Source: Candidatus Bathyarchaeota archaeon (GTDB lineage Archaea; Thermoproteota; Bathyarchaeia; TCS64). Taken from it: a DNA stretch of 64,000 nucleotides. Shown in pieces: positions 9,978 to 20,266 of the stretch. A program made the translations under genes and the position numbers. Where the stretch lies: positions 320,001-384,000 of the forward strand of contig CAVYLP010000004.1 in the NCBI GenBank assembly GCA_963769425.1, given 5' to 3'. The notes beneath the pieces were generated by a model that was given only the letters and a program-made list of their open reading frames with translations, was not told where the DNA came from and made no database searches. The first letter of the stretch is position 1; each line of letters starts with the position of its first letter.

Positions 9978-10241
9978 CTACCTCGGCGTCGGGTCAGCCG
10001 CCTCTGCGTCAGGGCTGTCGGCGTCAACCACCCTAGCTTGGTCTATAGCGAGCTTCTGTAGCCAAGTCATCGGAACCTGAAGCTCGCCGACCCTCTTTGC
10101 GAAGTGGTGACAGTTGGGGTAAGCCGGCGTCTTGCAGACCCTCGCGAAGAAGTCCTTAGTTATCTCAACGTTGCAGTCGAAGATGAATGGGCAGTCCTTA
10201 CGCCCGAACTTCTCCTGGAACGCCTCTGAGAACGTGGACAC
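9978..10241 (-). CDS. Small Cys/His-rich hypothetical protein
   Basis: 87-aa ORF between nop5 and flpA with core-like codon usage; C-x5-C...C-x6-CHH pattern. Confidence 0.7.
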   Translation of the reverse strand: MSTFSEAFQEKFGRKDCPFIFDCNVEITKDFFARVCKTPAYPNCHHFAKRVGELQVPMTWLQKLAIDQARVVDADSPDAEAADPTPR

Positions 10242-10289
10242 CCGCAGACCCTCTGGAAAGATACGCTGGGTCCCCGCATTTTAAACCTT

Positions 10290-11450
10290 TCAGGGCTCCG
10301 TACGGCGCCTCGACTCATTAGCCTGTGATGCGGCCTCGTCCAGATCCTTCTTGAGCTGCTCAGCGATCATGCTACCACTGAAGGCGTCTGCCCTCGCAGC
10401 TATGGAGAGCTTCGCGGCTAGGTGGCGGGCGCGTAGCCCGCGGAGGCCGCGTGGGGCCGCGTTCACATAGGGGTGCTGGAAGATAAGTCCATGCTTTGGG
10501 GGTTTCGCATGGGTCTTCACGGCCCTATAGAGCGCCTTCTCGGCGCCGAGTATCTGTAGGGTGCTGGAGGGCATCATTGCGAGGCGCTTAAGGCCGCCCG
10601 CCCTCTCGATGAGCTTTGCGGCGAGAGTTGGCCCGGCGAGGGCTGAGACATTTGGGGCAGCCTCCGCGGCGATGCCGGAGATGTACTCCGTCAGCTTGCC
10701 CCTGTACTCATAGAGTGAGAGGACTTGGTTCGCGAGGCGCTGCACCTCAGTGAGCTCGTCGCCACTTAGCGGAGCACCCATTGAGCCCTCTGCCCCCCTT
10801 ATGATGCTCGTCGCCTCCCTGCGCTGCAGCCCAAGGGCCTCGACCTTCTCCTGGGTGGCCGAGGAGCGGTCACCAATCTCCTTAATGAACCTGAGATAGC
10901 TCTCGTGGTCGCGCACGATCCTACTCAGCTCCGGGTAGTGGAGACCATACCACTCCCTGACGCGGCTGCTGAGACCGTTTAGGCTTGTATCGAGTTCGCC
11001 GAGTAGCTGGACAGTCTGTGTGATCTGGGCCTCCTTTCCGCCGAGAGCATCCTGAACAGCGCCTCGGGTTAGGATGGTGGAGACTTGGCGCCCGAGGTCA
11101 TAGTAACCCTCCTCGTCGTGGACGATATTGTTCTGGCGGGCGATCTCGGGGAGCTGCTCCCTTAGCTCGTCCCCGGGGCCTGAGTCGACGACGCTGATGT
11201 CGAGGCTGAACTCACCGCGGAGGGTCTCGGCGAGCTCTGGGTTCGTGGTGGTTATGCCGTCGAAGCCCCTCTTGATGATGCCCTCTATGACCCGGGTGAC
11301 CTCCTTTGTGACCTCGCCGTTCCTTTGTCTCGTTATGGTGCGGGCGATCTTCTCGGGCTCTTTTGGGTACAGCGCCTTCTCTATCACCCTGCCGTCGGCT
11401 GTTATGGCGAACACGCCGATTAGGGTCTCCTCTATGTGGGCTCTTGTCAA
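10290..11450 (-). CDS. nop5: Nop5 (Nop56/58) box C/D sRNP protein
   Basis: REWYGLHYPEL, APNV..LAG, PSSTLQILGAEKAL, PKHGLIF and LAAKLSIAARAD motifs. Confidence 0.97.
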   Translation of the reverse strand: MTRAHIEETLIGVFAITADGRVIEKALYPKEPEKIARTITRQRNGEVTKEVTRVIEGIIKRGFDGITTTNPELAETLRGEFSLDISVVDSGPGDELREQLPEIARQNNIVHDEEGYYDLGRQVSTILTRGAVQDALGGKEAQITQTVQLLGELDTSLNGLSSRVREWYGLHYPELSRIVRDHESYLRFIKEIGDRSSATQEKVEALGLQRREATSIIRGAEGSMGAPLSGDELTEVQRLANQVLSLYEYRGKLTEYISGIAAEAAPNVSALAGPTLAAKLIERAGGLKRLAMMPSSTLQILGAEKALYRAVKTHAKPPKHGLIFQHPYVNAAPRGLRGLRARHLAAKLSIAARADAFSGSMIAEQLKKDLDEAASQANESRRRTEP

Positions 11451-11532
11451 GTCGTTCGCCTGGTCGTCGCTTCAGTGATCGGCGTGGTGTTTCTAAACGT
11501 TATTGGGCAGTAGCAAGTTAGCGGCCCAAATT

Positions 11533-11928
11533 TCATCGAATCCCCGTGTCTATGTCGATCTGGAGGACAATCGTGCTGCCCTGCTTCACGGTCACTGTAA
11601 TTGGCAGTACGCGTGAGCAGCCGAGGAAGGTGCAGTTACTCATGGTGAGGCTGTATGTGCCCGGTTTCACCTGAGCAGTGAAGTATCCGGTGCCGTTCAT
11701 TGGTATCTCGACCCGTGGCAGAAAAGTGCCCTCTAGGATGATGCGCCTTGATGTGTAGACCTCTGGTGGCGGGTGGCTGCCACCGACGGGCTCCACGGGT
11801 GTCCAGGGCCCTATAGTCACCGTGCCCTGTATGATACCGACGCCGTAGCTTGAGGAGTAGAACAAGGAAACAACCAGGATCGCAGCGAGGCCGACGGCGA
11901 TTATAAGAGTGATGTTGCCTGCCTTCAT
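11533..11928 (-). CDS. Membrane-anchored/secreted protein with a transthyretin/carboxypeptidase-regulatory-like beta domain
   Basis: N-terminal hydrophobic helix, then G.I.GTVTIGP...GYF...PGTY...IDTGIR; the likely start is the ATG at 11928. Confidence 0.65.
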   Translation of the reverse strand: MKAGNITLIIAVGLAAILVVSLFYSSSYGVGIIQGTVTIGPWTPVEPVGGSHPPPEVYTSRRIILEGTFLPRVEIPMNGTGYFTAQVKPGTYSLTMSNCTFLGCSRVLPITVTVKQGSTIVLQIDIDTGIR

Positions 11929-12012
11929 TGGTATCCATGCAACACCGGGGTTCGGCTCTTTATAGACCCTGCAGTGTATGGACACCTTTAATTTTAGGAG
12001 GGTTAAGTTACA

Positions 12013-12939
12013 GTGGTCAGCTTGGCTGGCGAAGGTTTAGCCGTTGAAGTCGCTGGGCTCAAGCTCCGCTCTCCGACGATGAACGCCTCGGGTGTCCTCG
12101 GGATGTCCGCATTGCTTCTCAAGCGTGTATACGACTCGGGCGCGGGTGCCGTGGTAACTAAGAGTCTAGGCCCAGCCCCTAGGCCTGGACACATAAACCC
12201 GACGGTCGTTGAGGTCGAGGGAGGCATCTTAAACGCGATGGGCCTCCCCAACCCAGGCGTTGAGGGTTATCTGGAGGAGCTCCGCGAGCTGAAGGGCGAG
12301 GGTGTACCCATTGTGGCGAGTTTCTTCGCCTCGACAGTTCAGGAGTTTCAGTCAGACGCCAAAGCGCTGGCGAGGGCCGGAGCCGATGCACTAGAACTTA
12401 ACCTCAGTTGCCCGAATGTGGGGGGAGAGCCTGGGATGTGCGCCGCCGACGATGTGAGCGTCGAGAGGGTCACGCGCTCCGTGAAGCAGGTTGTCAAGAT
12501 CCCTGTGTTCGTGAAGCTATCCCCCAACGTCACGGATATAGCGGGGATAGCAGTCGCGGCGGAGAAAGGCGGGGCTGACGCCATCACTGCCGTGAACACC
12601 CTGAAGGCGATGGCTATCGACGCCGACTTCAGACGCCCGGTCCTTTCAAACGTCACCGGCGGGCTATCCGGCTCCGCTATCAAGTCGGTCGCCCTCCGCT
12701 GCGTCTGGGAGATTGCCGAGGTTGTCAAGGTGCCGATAATCGGCTGCGGGGGCGTATCCAATTGGCGCGACGCCATCGAGTACATGCTCGCGGGGGCCTC
12801 AGCGGTCGAGATCGGGACCGCGGTGATGAACCACGGCTTCGAGGTCTACGGTAATGTAAACGATGGTGTGGCACGTTACTTGAGCGAGAATGGGTTCGGC
12901 TCAGTATCAGAGGCGGTCGGCCTCGCCCACAAGCGGTGA
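12013..12939 (+). CDS. pyrD: Dihydroorotate dehydrogenase family 1B, catalytic subunit
   Basis: NASG, TKS, NAMGLPNPG, ELNLSCPN, VKLSPNV and GGLSG motifs. Confidence 0.97.
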   Translation: MVSLAGEGLAVEVAGLKLRSPTMNASGVLGMSALLLKRVYDSGAGAVVTKSLGPAPRPGHINPTVVEVEGGILNAMGLPNPGVEGYLEELRELKGEGVPIVASFFASTVQEFQSDAKALARAGADALELNLSCPNVGGEPGMCAADDVSVERVTRSVKQVVKIPVFVKLSPNVTDIAGIAVAAEKGGADAITAVNTLKAMAIDADFRRPVLSNVTGGLSGSAIKSVALRCVWEIAEVVKVPIIGCGGVSNWRDAIEYMLAGASAVEIGTAVMNHGFEVYGNVNDGVARYLSENGFGSVSEAVGLAHKR

Positions 12940-12943
12940 TACC

Positions 12944-13726
12944 ATGACAACCGTGAAGATCGAGAGGGTGGTGAAGGAGACGCCAGACATCTACACACTC
13001 TACTTTCCCGCGGTCGCGGGCGCACGCCCCGGCCAGTACGTCATGGTATGGCTCCCCGGCGTCGACGAGGTGCCGATGAGCCTCTCAACGATCGGTAGGG
13101 CTTCGAGCATCACCGTCAGGGTGGTTGGCGATGCGACGCGGACAATGTCGGAGCTAAAAACGGGAGATCGAATTGGACTACGTGGGCCTTTCGGGAACGG
13201 CTATACTGCAAAGGGGAGTAACCCCATTATGGTCGGGGGCGGCACGGGAATAGCTTCCCTCACGCCCCTAGCCGAGGAGATGACCTCGAAGGGCGTTAAG
13301 CCCACCTTCATAATCGGCGCCCGCAGCAAGGACCAGCTTCTCTTCAAGGACCGGCTAAGCCACCTCCTCGGGTTCAACCTCGTCGTCTCCACGGACGACG
13401 GCTCCGAAGGCTACCACGGCTACGCCAGCAACCTTGCCGCAGAGATCATGTCACATGGGAAATTCGACCAGCTATACGTCTGCGGCCCCGAGATCATGGC
13501 CGTCAAGACCTGGGCGGAGGCGGATAGGCTCGGGGTACCCACGCAGGCCAGCCTTGAGCGGCTCTGCAAGTGCGCTGTCGGTCTCTGCGGGAGTTGCGCC
13601 ATAGGCCCATACAGGGTATGCAGGGACGGCCCCGTCTTCGACTCAGCGAAGCTGCGGGAGGTCGCCGTCGACTTCGGTAAGAGGCGGATGGACGCCTCGG
13701 GCCGGATGATCCGGGTCGACCACTGA
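12944..13726 (+). CDS. pyrK: Dihydroorotate dehydrogenase electron transfer subunit
   Basis: PGQYVMVW, RGPFGNG, GGGTG, CGP and CKCAVGLCGSC...VCRDGPVF [2Fe-2S] motifs; follows pyrD. Confidence 0.95.
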   Translation: MTTVKIERVVKETPDIYTLYFPAVAGARPGQYVMVWLPGVDEVPMSLSTIGRASSITVRVVGDATRTMSELKTGDRIGLRGPFGNGYTAKGSNPIMVGGGTGIASLTPLAEEMTSKGVKPTFIIGARSKDQLLFKDRLSHLLGFNLVVSTDDGSEGYHGYASNLAAEIMSHGKFDQLYVCGPEIMAVKTWAEADRLGVPTQASLERLCKCAVGLCGSCAIGPYRVCRDGPVFDSAKLREVAVDFGKRRMDASGRMIRVDH

Positions 13727-13762
13727 GGAAACCGTTTTCTATATCTAAACCACCATCGATCC

Positions 13763-14491
13763 ATGTCCAGCGACAAGGCGAGGGTGGACGTCCTCTTCGA
13801 GTGTTTCTACATGAGTCTCGGTGTCCGCGAGGGGCACCCGATGCTGACCTTCAGGTGGCCCCTGACCCCGATGCCGCCGCCAGCAATCGGTCAGACTTAC
13901 AACGGGGTCACCTTCAACCTCACGTCCACGAACACCCTGCTCCTCAGGGACGGGGGAAAGAACATCGTAGTCGATCCGGGCATAATACAGCTCGGGCGCT
14001 ACGGGTGCCTCCCCAAGAGGCTCGCGGAGTTCGGCCTAAAGCCGGGGGACATAGACCTCGTCATCAACACCCACTGCCACTACGACCACACCGAGTCCAA
14101 CTACATGTGGCGGGGGAAGCCACTCATCATTCACGAGGCCGAATATGAGTACGCGGCGGAGCTATACTGGCCGGAGTGGCGGAAGGCGTTCATCGATGTC
14201 CTCGACGTTAGGACCTTCAAGGGGGAGAGGCAGGTCACGAATAACATTCGCCTCATAGAGACGTTCGGCCACACACCGGGCAGTGTCTCCGCCCTTGTCG
14301 AGACCGCCGAGGGCCTCGTAGCGTGCATAGGCGACGCCGCAATCGTGAAGGAGGACTACCTAGAATTCAGGGAGCCGATGGTGGTGACTAAGAACATCAG
14401 CGGTGCGACCGCTGTGGAGAGCCTGAAGAGGATCGCCGGTTACAAGCCGATGCTCGTGATCCCGGGCCACGACGCCCCGTTCAGGCCCTAG
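13763..14491 (+). CDS. MBL-fold metallo-hydrolase
   Basis: THCHYDH, GHTPG, GDA and PGHD motifs. Confidence 0.9.
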   Translation: MSSDKARVDVLFECFYMSLGVREGHPMLTFRWPLTPMPPPAIGQTYNGVTFNLTSTNTLLLRDGGKNIVVDPGIIQLGRYGCLPKRLAEFGLKPGDIDLVINTHCHYDHTESNYMWRGKPLIIHEAEYEYAAELYWPEWRKAFIDVLDVRTFKGERQVTNNIRLIETFGHTPGSVSALVETAEGLVACIGDAAIVKEDYLEFREPMVVTKNISGATAVESLKRIAGYKPMLVIPGHDAPFRP

Positions 14492-14535
14492 AAAGGTTTA
14501 TAGTCTTACGCCCTCCCAGAAGACGGCGGTAAAGT

Positions 14536-14715
14536 ATGCCGACTCACGGTTCGCTGACGAAGGCCGGTAAGGTCAGGGCGCAGACGCCGAAGATCGAGGC
14601 GCAGCCCAGGACCCACCTCGCCCCCAAGAGGAAGACGAGGGCAAACTACATCAAGAGAGTAGTCCACGCGCCACGCGATGATCGCCGCGGCGGCGACCGC
14701 AGACAGCGTTTTTAA
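14536..14715 (+). CDS. rps30e: 30S ribosomal protein S30e (59 aa, absent from the ORF track)
   Basis: Manual translation MPTHGSLTKAGKVRAQTPKIEAQPR...; HGSL.KAGKVR.QTPK is the eS30 signature. Confidence 0.95.
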   Translation: MPTHGSLTKAGKVRAQTPKIEAQPRTHLAPKRKTRANYIKRVVHAPRDDRRGGDRRQRF

Positions 14716-14731
14716 GCCCCTCCAACCCTAG

Positions 14732-16306
14732 TTGGACTCGGTTTTGAATAGCGCCCTCAGGGAGATCGTAGAGAAGCTTCTTCAGGTAAAAGACCCAACG
14801 AAGGCTGACCTAGATCGGGTAAAGATCGAGGTCGCCCGGGCACACGGTCTTCCGCAGATACCCCGCAACTCGGAGATACTCGCTACCCTCACTGAGGAGG
14901 AGGCAGAGATTCTACTGCCCATTCTCAGGAGGAAGGAGGCGCGCGCCCTAAGCGGGGTGAGCGTCGTCGCTGTGATGACTGAGCCCTACGCTTGCCCCCA
15001 CGGGCGCTGCGCCTACTGCCCCGGCGGCCCCGACGAGGACAGCCCCCAGAGCTACACGGGCTACGAGCCAGCCGCAATGAGGGGCGCGCAGAACGAGTAC
15101 GATCCCTACAGGCAGGTCAAGGCGCGGATCAAGCAGTTGAAGACCATCGGGCACGTCGTCGACAAGGTCGACCTCATAATCATGGGCGGGACCTTCCCCG
15201 CGTCGCCCCGTGCCTATCAGGAGGGCTTCGTGAAGGGGCTCTTAGACGCACTCACCGACGTGCCATCCGCTGACCTCGCCGAGGCGAAGCTTCATGCCGA
15301 GGACTCGGGCGTGAGGAACGTCGGCATAACCGTCGAGACACGACCCGACTGCATAAAGGAGGCGGATGTGAACGGGATGCTGGAGCTGGGCGTCACACGC
15401 GTGGAGCTCGGCGTCCAGAACGTCTACGACGACATCTACCAGAAGGTCAACCGGGGCCACTCGGTGCAGGACGTGGTAGACGCCACGGCCTGCCTCAAGG
15501 ACTCCGCCCTCAAGATATGCTACCACATGATGCCCGGCCTCCCCGGTTCAAACCCGGAGAGGGACTTGGAGGGCTTCAGAACAATCTTCGAGGACCCTCG
15601 CTTCAAGCCGGACATGCTCAAGATATACCCCACCCTAGTCGTGAAGGGTACGCGCCTCTACGACTGGTGGAAGAAGGGCGAGTACACGCCCCTTGAGACG
15701 GAGGAGGCGGCTGAGCTGGTGTCCAAGGTGATGGAGATCACGCCACCGTGGGTCAGGATAATGCGTGTCCAGCGTGACATACCCCTCCCCAGGATAGACG
15801 CGGGGGTCGACATGAGCAACCTCAGGCAGCTAGCCGAGGACCGCCTCGTGGCGAGGGGCGGTCGTTGCAGGTGCATCCGATGCCGCGAGGCTGGCCACTC
15901 CGCGAAGAAGGCCGACTCGGGTAAGGTCGAGTTAACCCACACAGTCTACGAAGCCTCGGGGGGCACCGAGGACTTCATACAGGCCGAGGACAGGGAGGCG
16001 GACGCCCTCATAGGCTTCGTCAGGCTCAGGATACCTACTGAGCCCTTCAGGCCCGAGCTGGACACCCAAACTGGGCTGATCCGAGAGCTACACGTCTACG
16101 GGCGCATGGTCCCCGTCGGTGAGAGGCGGGGCGACGCGTGGCAGCACAGGGGCTGGGGTGAGGCACTCATGGATGAGGCCGAGAAGGCCGCCTCTGAGAG
16201 GTTCGATATGCGGAGGATGGTAGTGATGAGCGCCCTCGGAACGAAGCAGTACTATGCCCGCCTCGGCTACGCGAAGCAGGGCGTCTATGTCTCCAAGCCC
16301 CTCTGA
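14732..16306 (+). CDS. elp3: tRNA wobble-uridine acetyltransferase Elp3 (radical SAM + KAT domains)
   Basis: CPHGRCAYCPGG, QSYTG.EPA.MR, ETRPD, KIYPTLV, RELHVYG and QHRGWG motifs. Confidence 0.97.
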   Translation: MDSVLNSALREIVEKLLQVKDPTKADLDRVKIEVARAHGLPQIPRNSEILATLTEEEAEILLPILRRKEARALSGVSVVAVMTEPYACPHGRCAYCPGGPDEDSPQSYTGYEPAAMRGAQNEYDPYRQVKARIKQLKTIGHVVDKVDLIIMGGTFPASPRAYQEGFVKGLLDALTDVPSADLAEAKLHAEDSGVRNVGITVETRPDCIKEADVNGMLELGVTRVELGVQNVYDDIYQKVNRGHSVQDVVDATACLKDSALKICYHMMPGLPGSNPERDLEGFRTIFEDPRFKPDMLKIYPTLVVKGTRLYDWWKKGEYTPLETEEAAELVSKVMEITPPWVRIMRVQRDIPLPRIDAGVDMSNLRQLAEDRLVARGGRCRCIRCREAGHSAKKADSGKVELTHTVYEASGGTEDFIQAEDREADALIGFVRLRIPTEPFRPELDTQTGLIRELHVYGRMVPVGERRGDAWQHRGWGEALMDEAEKAASERFDMRRMVVMSALGTKQYYARLGYAKQGVYVSKPL

Positions 16307-16353
16307 CCCGCATCTCTTAATACCCGGAGCAGCGGTAGAAATCCTGATTCTAG

Positions 16354-17685
16354 ATGGCTACCGAGACTCTCCCCGGCTACAGAGGGAAGCTCAGGGAGCT
16401 TCTCACCCGCGCTAGGGTCGGCGTGGGGGACGTGGTCAGGGTAAACAAGGGTGGCGAGGCATACGAGGGCACGCTCCTCCCCCGCGTCGAGAACGCCGAC
16501 GACTGGCACCTAATCATCAAGCAGAAGACCGGCTACAACATAGGGATCGCCCTCGTCAACGACCTACGCGTCGAGAAGATCGGGGAGGCCGTGAAGCCCG
16601 AGTTCAGGCCACCACCACTCCCCCCCGTGAAGGAGGGGCTGCCCAAGGTCAGCATCATAAGCACAGGCGGCACCATCGCAAGCCGCGTCGACTACGTAAC
16701 CGGCGGCGTCTATGCCGCGATGTCGAGTCGGGACCTACTCAGCATCGTCCCAGAGCTCGCAGACATCGCCCAGATCGAGGCGGACATCCTCTATAGCGTC
16801 TTCAGCGAGAACATCAACTCGGACCATTGGGAGGGCATTGCGAAGAGGGTGGCAGAGAAGATCAAGCAGGGCGCGGACGGCGTCATCATCACACACGGGA
16901 CAGACACGATGGGGTACAGCACCGCCGCACTCACGCTGGCGATCCAGAACCTCCCCGTCCCCGTCATCTTCGTCGGTAGCCAACGCAGTAGCGACCGCCC
17001 CAGCAGCGACTCCGCCACGAACCTAGTCGCAGTTGTCAACGCGGCGGCCCACGCCCCCTTCGCCGAGGTTGTCCTAGGCATGCACGAGGGCACGGGCGAC
17101 GACTCCATAATCTTCCACCCCGGCGCCAAGGTCCGCAAGTGCCACTCAAGCGCCCGCTACGCCTTCCAGACGGTGAACGCGAGCCCCGTAGCCCGATTCA
17201 GGGACGGTAAGATGGAGATGCTAGCCGAGCATTACCGGCCACGCCAGGACTCGGAGCCCATCATCATGAACAAGTTCGAGAAGAAGGTGGCGCTCGTCAA
17301 GTTCCACCCCGGATTCAACCCAATAATAATCGACGCCCTCATAGACGCGGGCTTCCGCGGCCTCGTCTTCGAGGGGACGGGCCTCGGCCACGTCTCCGAG
17401 ACGCTCTACGACGCCATCGGGCGCGCGGGGAAGGCGGGTTTGCTTATGGGTATGACGAGCCAGTGCATCTGGGGCCGCGTAAACATGAACGTCTACAGCA
17501 TGGGGCGGGAGCTAACACGCCGCGGCGTCGAGCCTCTTGAGGACATGCTCCCCGAGACCGCCTTAGTCAAGATGATGTGGAGCCTCGGCAACACGGGCAC
17601 CGCCGAGGAGGCGAAGAAGCTCCTCAAGACAAACGTCGCGGGGGAGTACAACCCCCGGACCCCGTACGCGAGGAGGGAGAAGTGA
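16354..17685 (+). CDS. gatD: Glu-tRNA(Gln) amidotransferase subunit D
   Basis: STGGTIASRVDY.TG, HGTDTM, GSQRSSDRPSSD and GTGLGH motifs. Confidence 0.97.
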   Translation: MATETLPGYRGKLRELLTRARVGVGDVVRVNKGGEAYEGTLLPRVENADDWHLIIKQKTGYNIGIALVNDLRVEKIGEAVKPEFRPPPLPPVKEGLPKVSIISTGGTIASRVDYVTGGVYAAMSSRDLLSIVPELADIAQIEADILYSVFSENINSDHWEGIAKRVAEKIKQGADGVIITHGTDTMGYSTAALTLAIQNLPVPVIFVGSQRSSDRPSSDSATNLVAVVNAAAHAPFAEVVLGMHEGTGDDSIIFHPGAKVRKCHSSARYAFQTVNASPVARFRDGKMEMLAEHYRPRQDSEPIIMNKFEKKVALVKFHPGFNPIIIDALIDAGFRGLVFEGTGLGHVSETLYDAIGRAGKAGLLMGMTSQCIWGRVNMNVYSMGRELTRRGVEPLEDMLPETALVKMMWSLGNTGTAEEAKKLLKTNVAGEYNPRTPYARREK

Positions 17686-19584
17686 TGGACTACAAGAAGA
17701 TAGGGCTAAAGGTCGGCATAGAGGTCCACCAGGAGCTCGCCACCGAGCACAAGCTCTTCTGCAGCTGCCCCCCGAGGCTCAGCGAGTCGGAGCCCGAGTT
17801 CAGGTTCCTGCGCCGCCTCCGTCCGAGCCAGAGTGAACTAGGCGAGTTCGACCCAGCCGCCCTATTCGAGTTCCTCAAGGGCAAGACTATACAGTACGAG
17901 GGCGACAGCGCCACAACATGTCTCGTCGAGATGGACGAGGAGCCCCCAGGACCCCTAGACCCCGAGACGCTTGAGCTGACCCTGAGCTTCGCCCTCATGG
18001 TGGGGAGCAAGCCTGTGGACGAGGTCCACGTGATGCGTAAGACCGTCGTGGATGGCAGCAACACGGGCGGGTTCCAGCGAACATGCGTCGTCAGCCTCGG
18101 TGGAGGCATTGAGGTCGACGGCAAACCGTACGGTATCCAGCAGATCAGTCTCGAGGAGGACGCCGCGAGGAACGTCGGCGAGGAGGGGAGCATCGTCCGC
18201 TACCGCCTCGACCGCCTCGGGATACCCCTCATGGAGATCGCTACTGCGCCTGACATGCACAACCCAGCGGAGGTCCAGGCAGTAGCACTCAGGATCGGTA
18301 GCTTACTCCGCGCCACCGGGAAGGTACGTAGGGGCCTTGGCACAATCCGCCAGGACGTGAACGTCTCGATAATGAACGGGAGAGGTCGTCGAGATCAAGG
18401 GCGTCCAGGATCTACCCCTGATGCCCACCATAGTCGAGTACGAGGCTCAGCGCCAGTGGAGCCTCCTAGAGATCAAGGAGGAGCTCCTTAAGCGCGGCGT
18501 GAAGCCCGAACACATTAAGGACGAGCAGCTCGACGTATCCACCATCTTCAAGGCGACCGAGTCAAAGATACTAAAGGGCGCGCTGAAGAATGGGGGTGTT
18601 GTTAGGGCGGTGAGACTCCCCGGCTTCGCAGGCCTGACCGGCAGGGAGCTATGCCCCAACAGACGCCTCGGCACCGAAATGAGCGACCACGCCAAGTACA
18701 AGGGCGGGGTCAAGGGAATCTTCCACACAGACGAGCTACCCGGCTACAGCATCACACAGGCCGAGGTCGACGCCCTACGCTCCGCCGCCCACGCCGCGGA
18801 GGGGGACGCCGTCGTCATAGTCGCTGATGAAGCGGAGAAGAGCAGACGAGCCCTGACGGCAGTAGTGGAGCGGGCACGGGATGTCTTCAACGGGATACCC
18901 TTGGAGACCCGGGCGGCGAACCCCGACGGGACTACCCGATTTACGCGGCCACGCCCCGGCGCAGCGCGCATGTACCCAGAGACGGATGTAAAGGCCATAA
19001 CCATAACCCCCGAGCACCTAGAGAAGCTCAGGGCGAGCCTACCCGAGATGCCGGAGGCCAAACTCAAGCGCTTCCAGAGTGACTACGGCCTCAACGAGAA
19101 GCTGGCGAGGCAGATCGTCGACAGCGAGTACATGGGCCTCTTCGAGGAGTTGACGCGCGAGTACAAGGCTCTTACTACACTCGCTGCGGTGACTCTTACT
19201 GAGGACCTGAAGAAGCTACAGAGGGACGGCGTCCCAGTTGAGGCGCTTACGGACAATGCCATACGCGGTACCTTCGCCCTTGTGGATTGCGGGGATACCG
19301 TGAAGGAGTCGGTCCCAGTAATACTCACGTGGCTCGTCCAGAACCCTTCCAGGAAGGCGAGGGATGCTATCACCGCCCTCGGGCTAGGTGTACTATCGGA
19401 AGAGAAGCTCGCTTCTGTCGTCGACGCGAAGATCAAGGCGAACACCGCGATGATCGCCAAGATAGGGGAGAAGGCTGCGGGGCCGATAATGGGTGCAGTC
19501 ATGGCGGAGGTACGCGGGAAGGCGAAGGCCACTGACGTGCAGGATATGATCGCGAGAAAGCTTAAGGAAGCACTCGCGAAGTAA
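17685..19584 (+). CDS. gatE: Glu-tRNA(Gln) amidotransferase subunit E, split by a single-base frameshift near 18378-18381
   Basis: MDYKKIGLKVGIEVHQ, DGSNTGGFQRT and GTIRQDVNVSI, then VVEIKGVQ and RPRPGAARMYPETD in the next frame; removing one G restores SIMNGEVVEIKGVQ. Confidence 0.93.
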
Positions 19585-19821
19585 TCCTTATTTTATAATA
19601 TTCGCTCATTCATAAGCGTATTATGATCAGGCTATGTATATCATCTCATAATTCTGAGACGTTATGCATTAAATCAGGATAATAATCTTGAATAAAGACC
19701 AAAAAACAACGATTTTTCATATTTAATCGCCTTTTTTAAAAAGGGTAACAAAACGCCGCAAGTTGTTCGACAACTGTTATAAGCCCCATAATACCAAGAG
19801 TAATACGAGTTGTGAGGATCC

Positions 19822-20265
19822 ATGAGCCGCCCGCTGTTTCATCTCAAAGTTAAGATCGGGGAGATGGAGGTAGAGCTAGGCGGGGACAAGGCAGAGGTCC
19901 TCAGCGCCCTCGACGAGCTCCCGAGTATAGTCGAGAAGGTCTCCGCGAGCTTCCAGGGTGAGTCCTCCGGTCACAGGCCACGCCCCCGGAAGCAGCCGGA
20001 GAACGGGGCCCCCGAGGCGTTGCCTCAGATTCCCCGGACCACCCAGTGCAGCGAGGCAGTGACCGCGCTCCTCGCGGACCCGTGGGGGAAGACTCCCCGA
20101 ACCATCGCGGAACTCAGGGAGGCTATGGAGGCAAACGCCGTCTTCTTCCCCAAAACGACCCTATCCGGGGTCCTCGTTTGGATGGTGAAGAAGGGGACCG
20201 TCAGAAGGTGGAAGGACAAGAAGAGGGGATACCTCTACACGATGAATACGCCGGAGCCCGAGTAG
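19822..20265 (+). CDS. Hypothetical protein: N-terminal beta-hairpin domain plus C-terminal winged helix
   Basis: LKVKIGEMEVELGG N-terminus; PRTIAELREAM...LSGVLVWMVKKGTVRR...GYLY wHTH pattern. Confidence 0.75.
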   Translation: MSRPLFHLKVKIGEMEVELGGDKAEVLSALDELPSIVEKVSASFQGESSGHRPRPRKQPENGAPEALPQIPRTTQCSEAVTALLADPWGKTPRTIAELREAMEANAVFFPKTTLSGVLVWMVKKGTVRRWKDKKRGYLYTMNTPEPE

Positions 20266-20266
20266 T

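Noticed and set aside
18361-18420. Programmed frameshifting in gatE
   Set aside because: No slippery heptamer; similar single-base breaks occur in unrelated genes, so assembly error is more parsimonious
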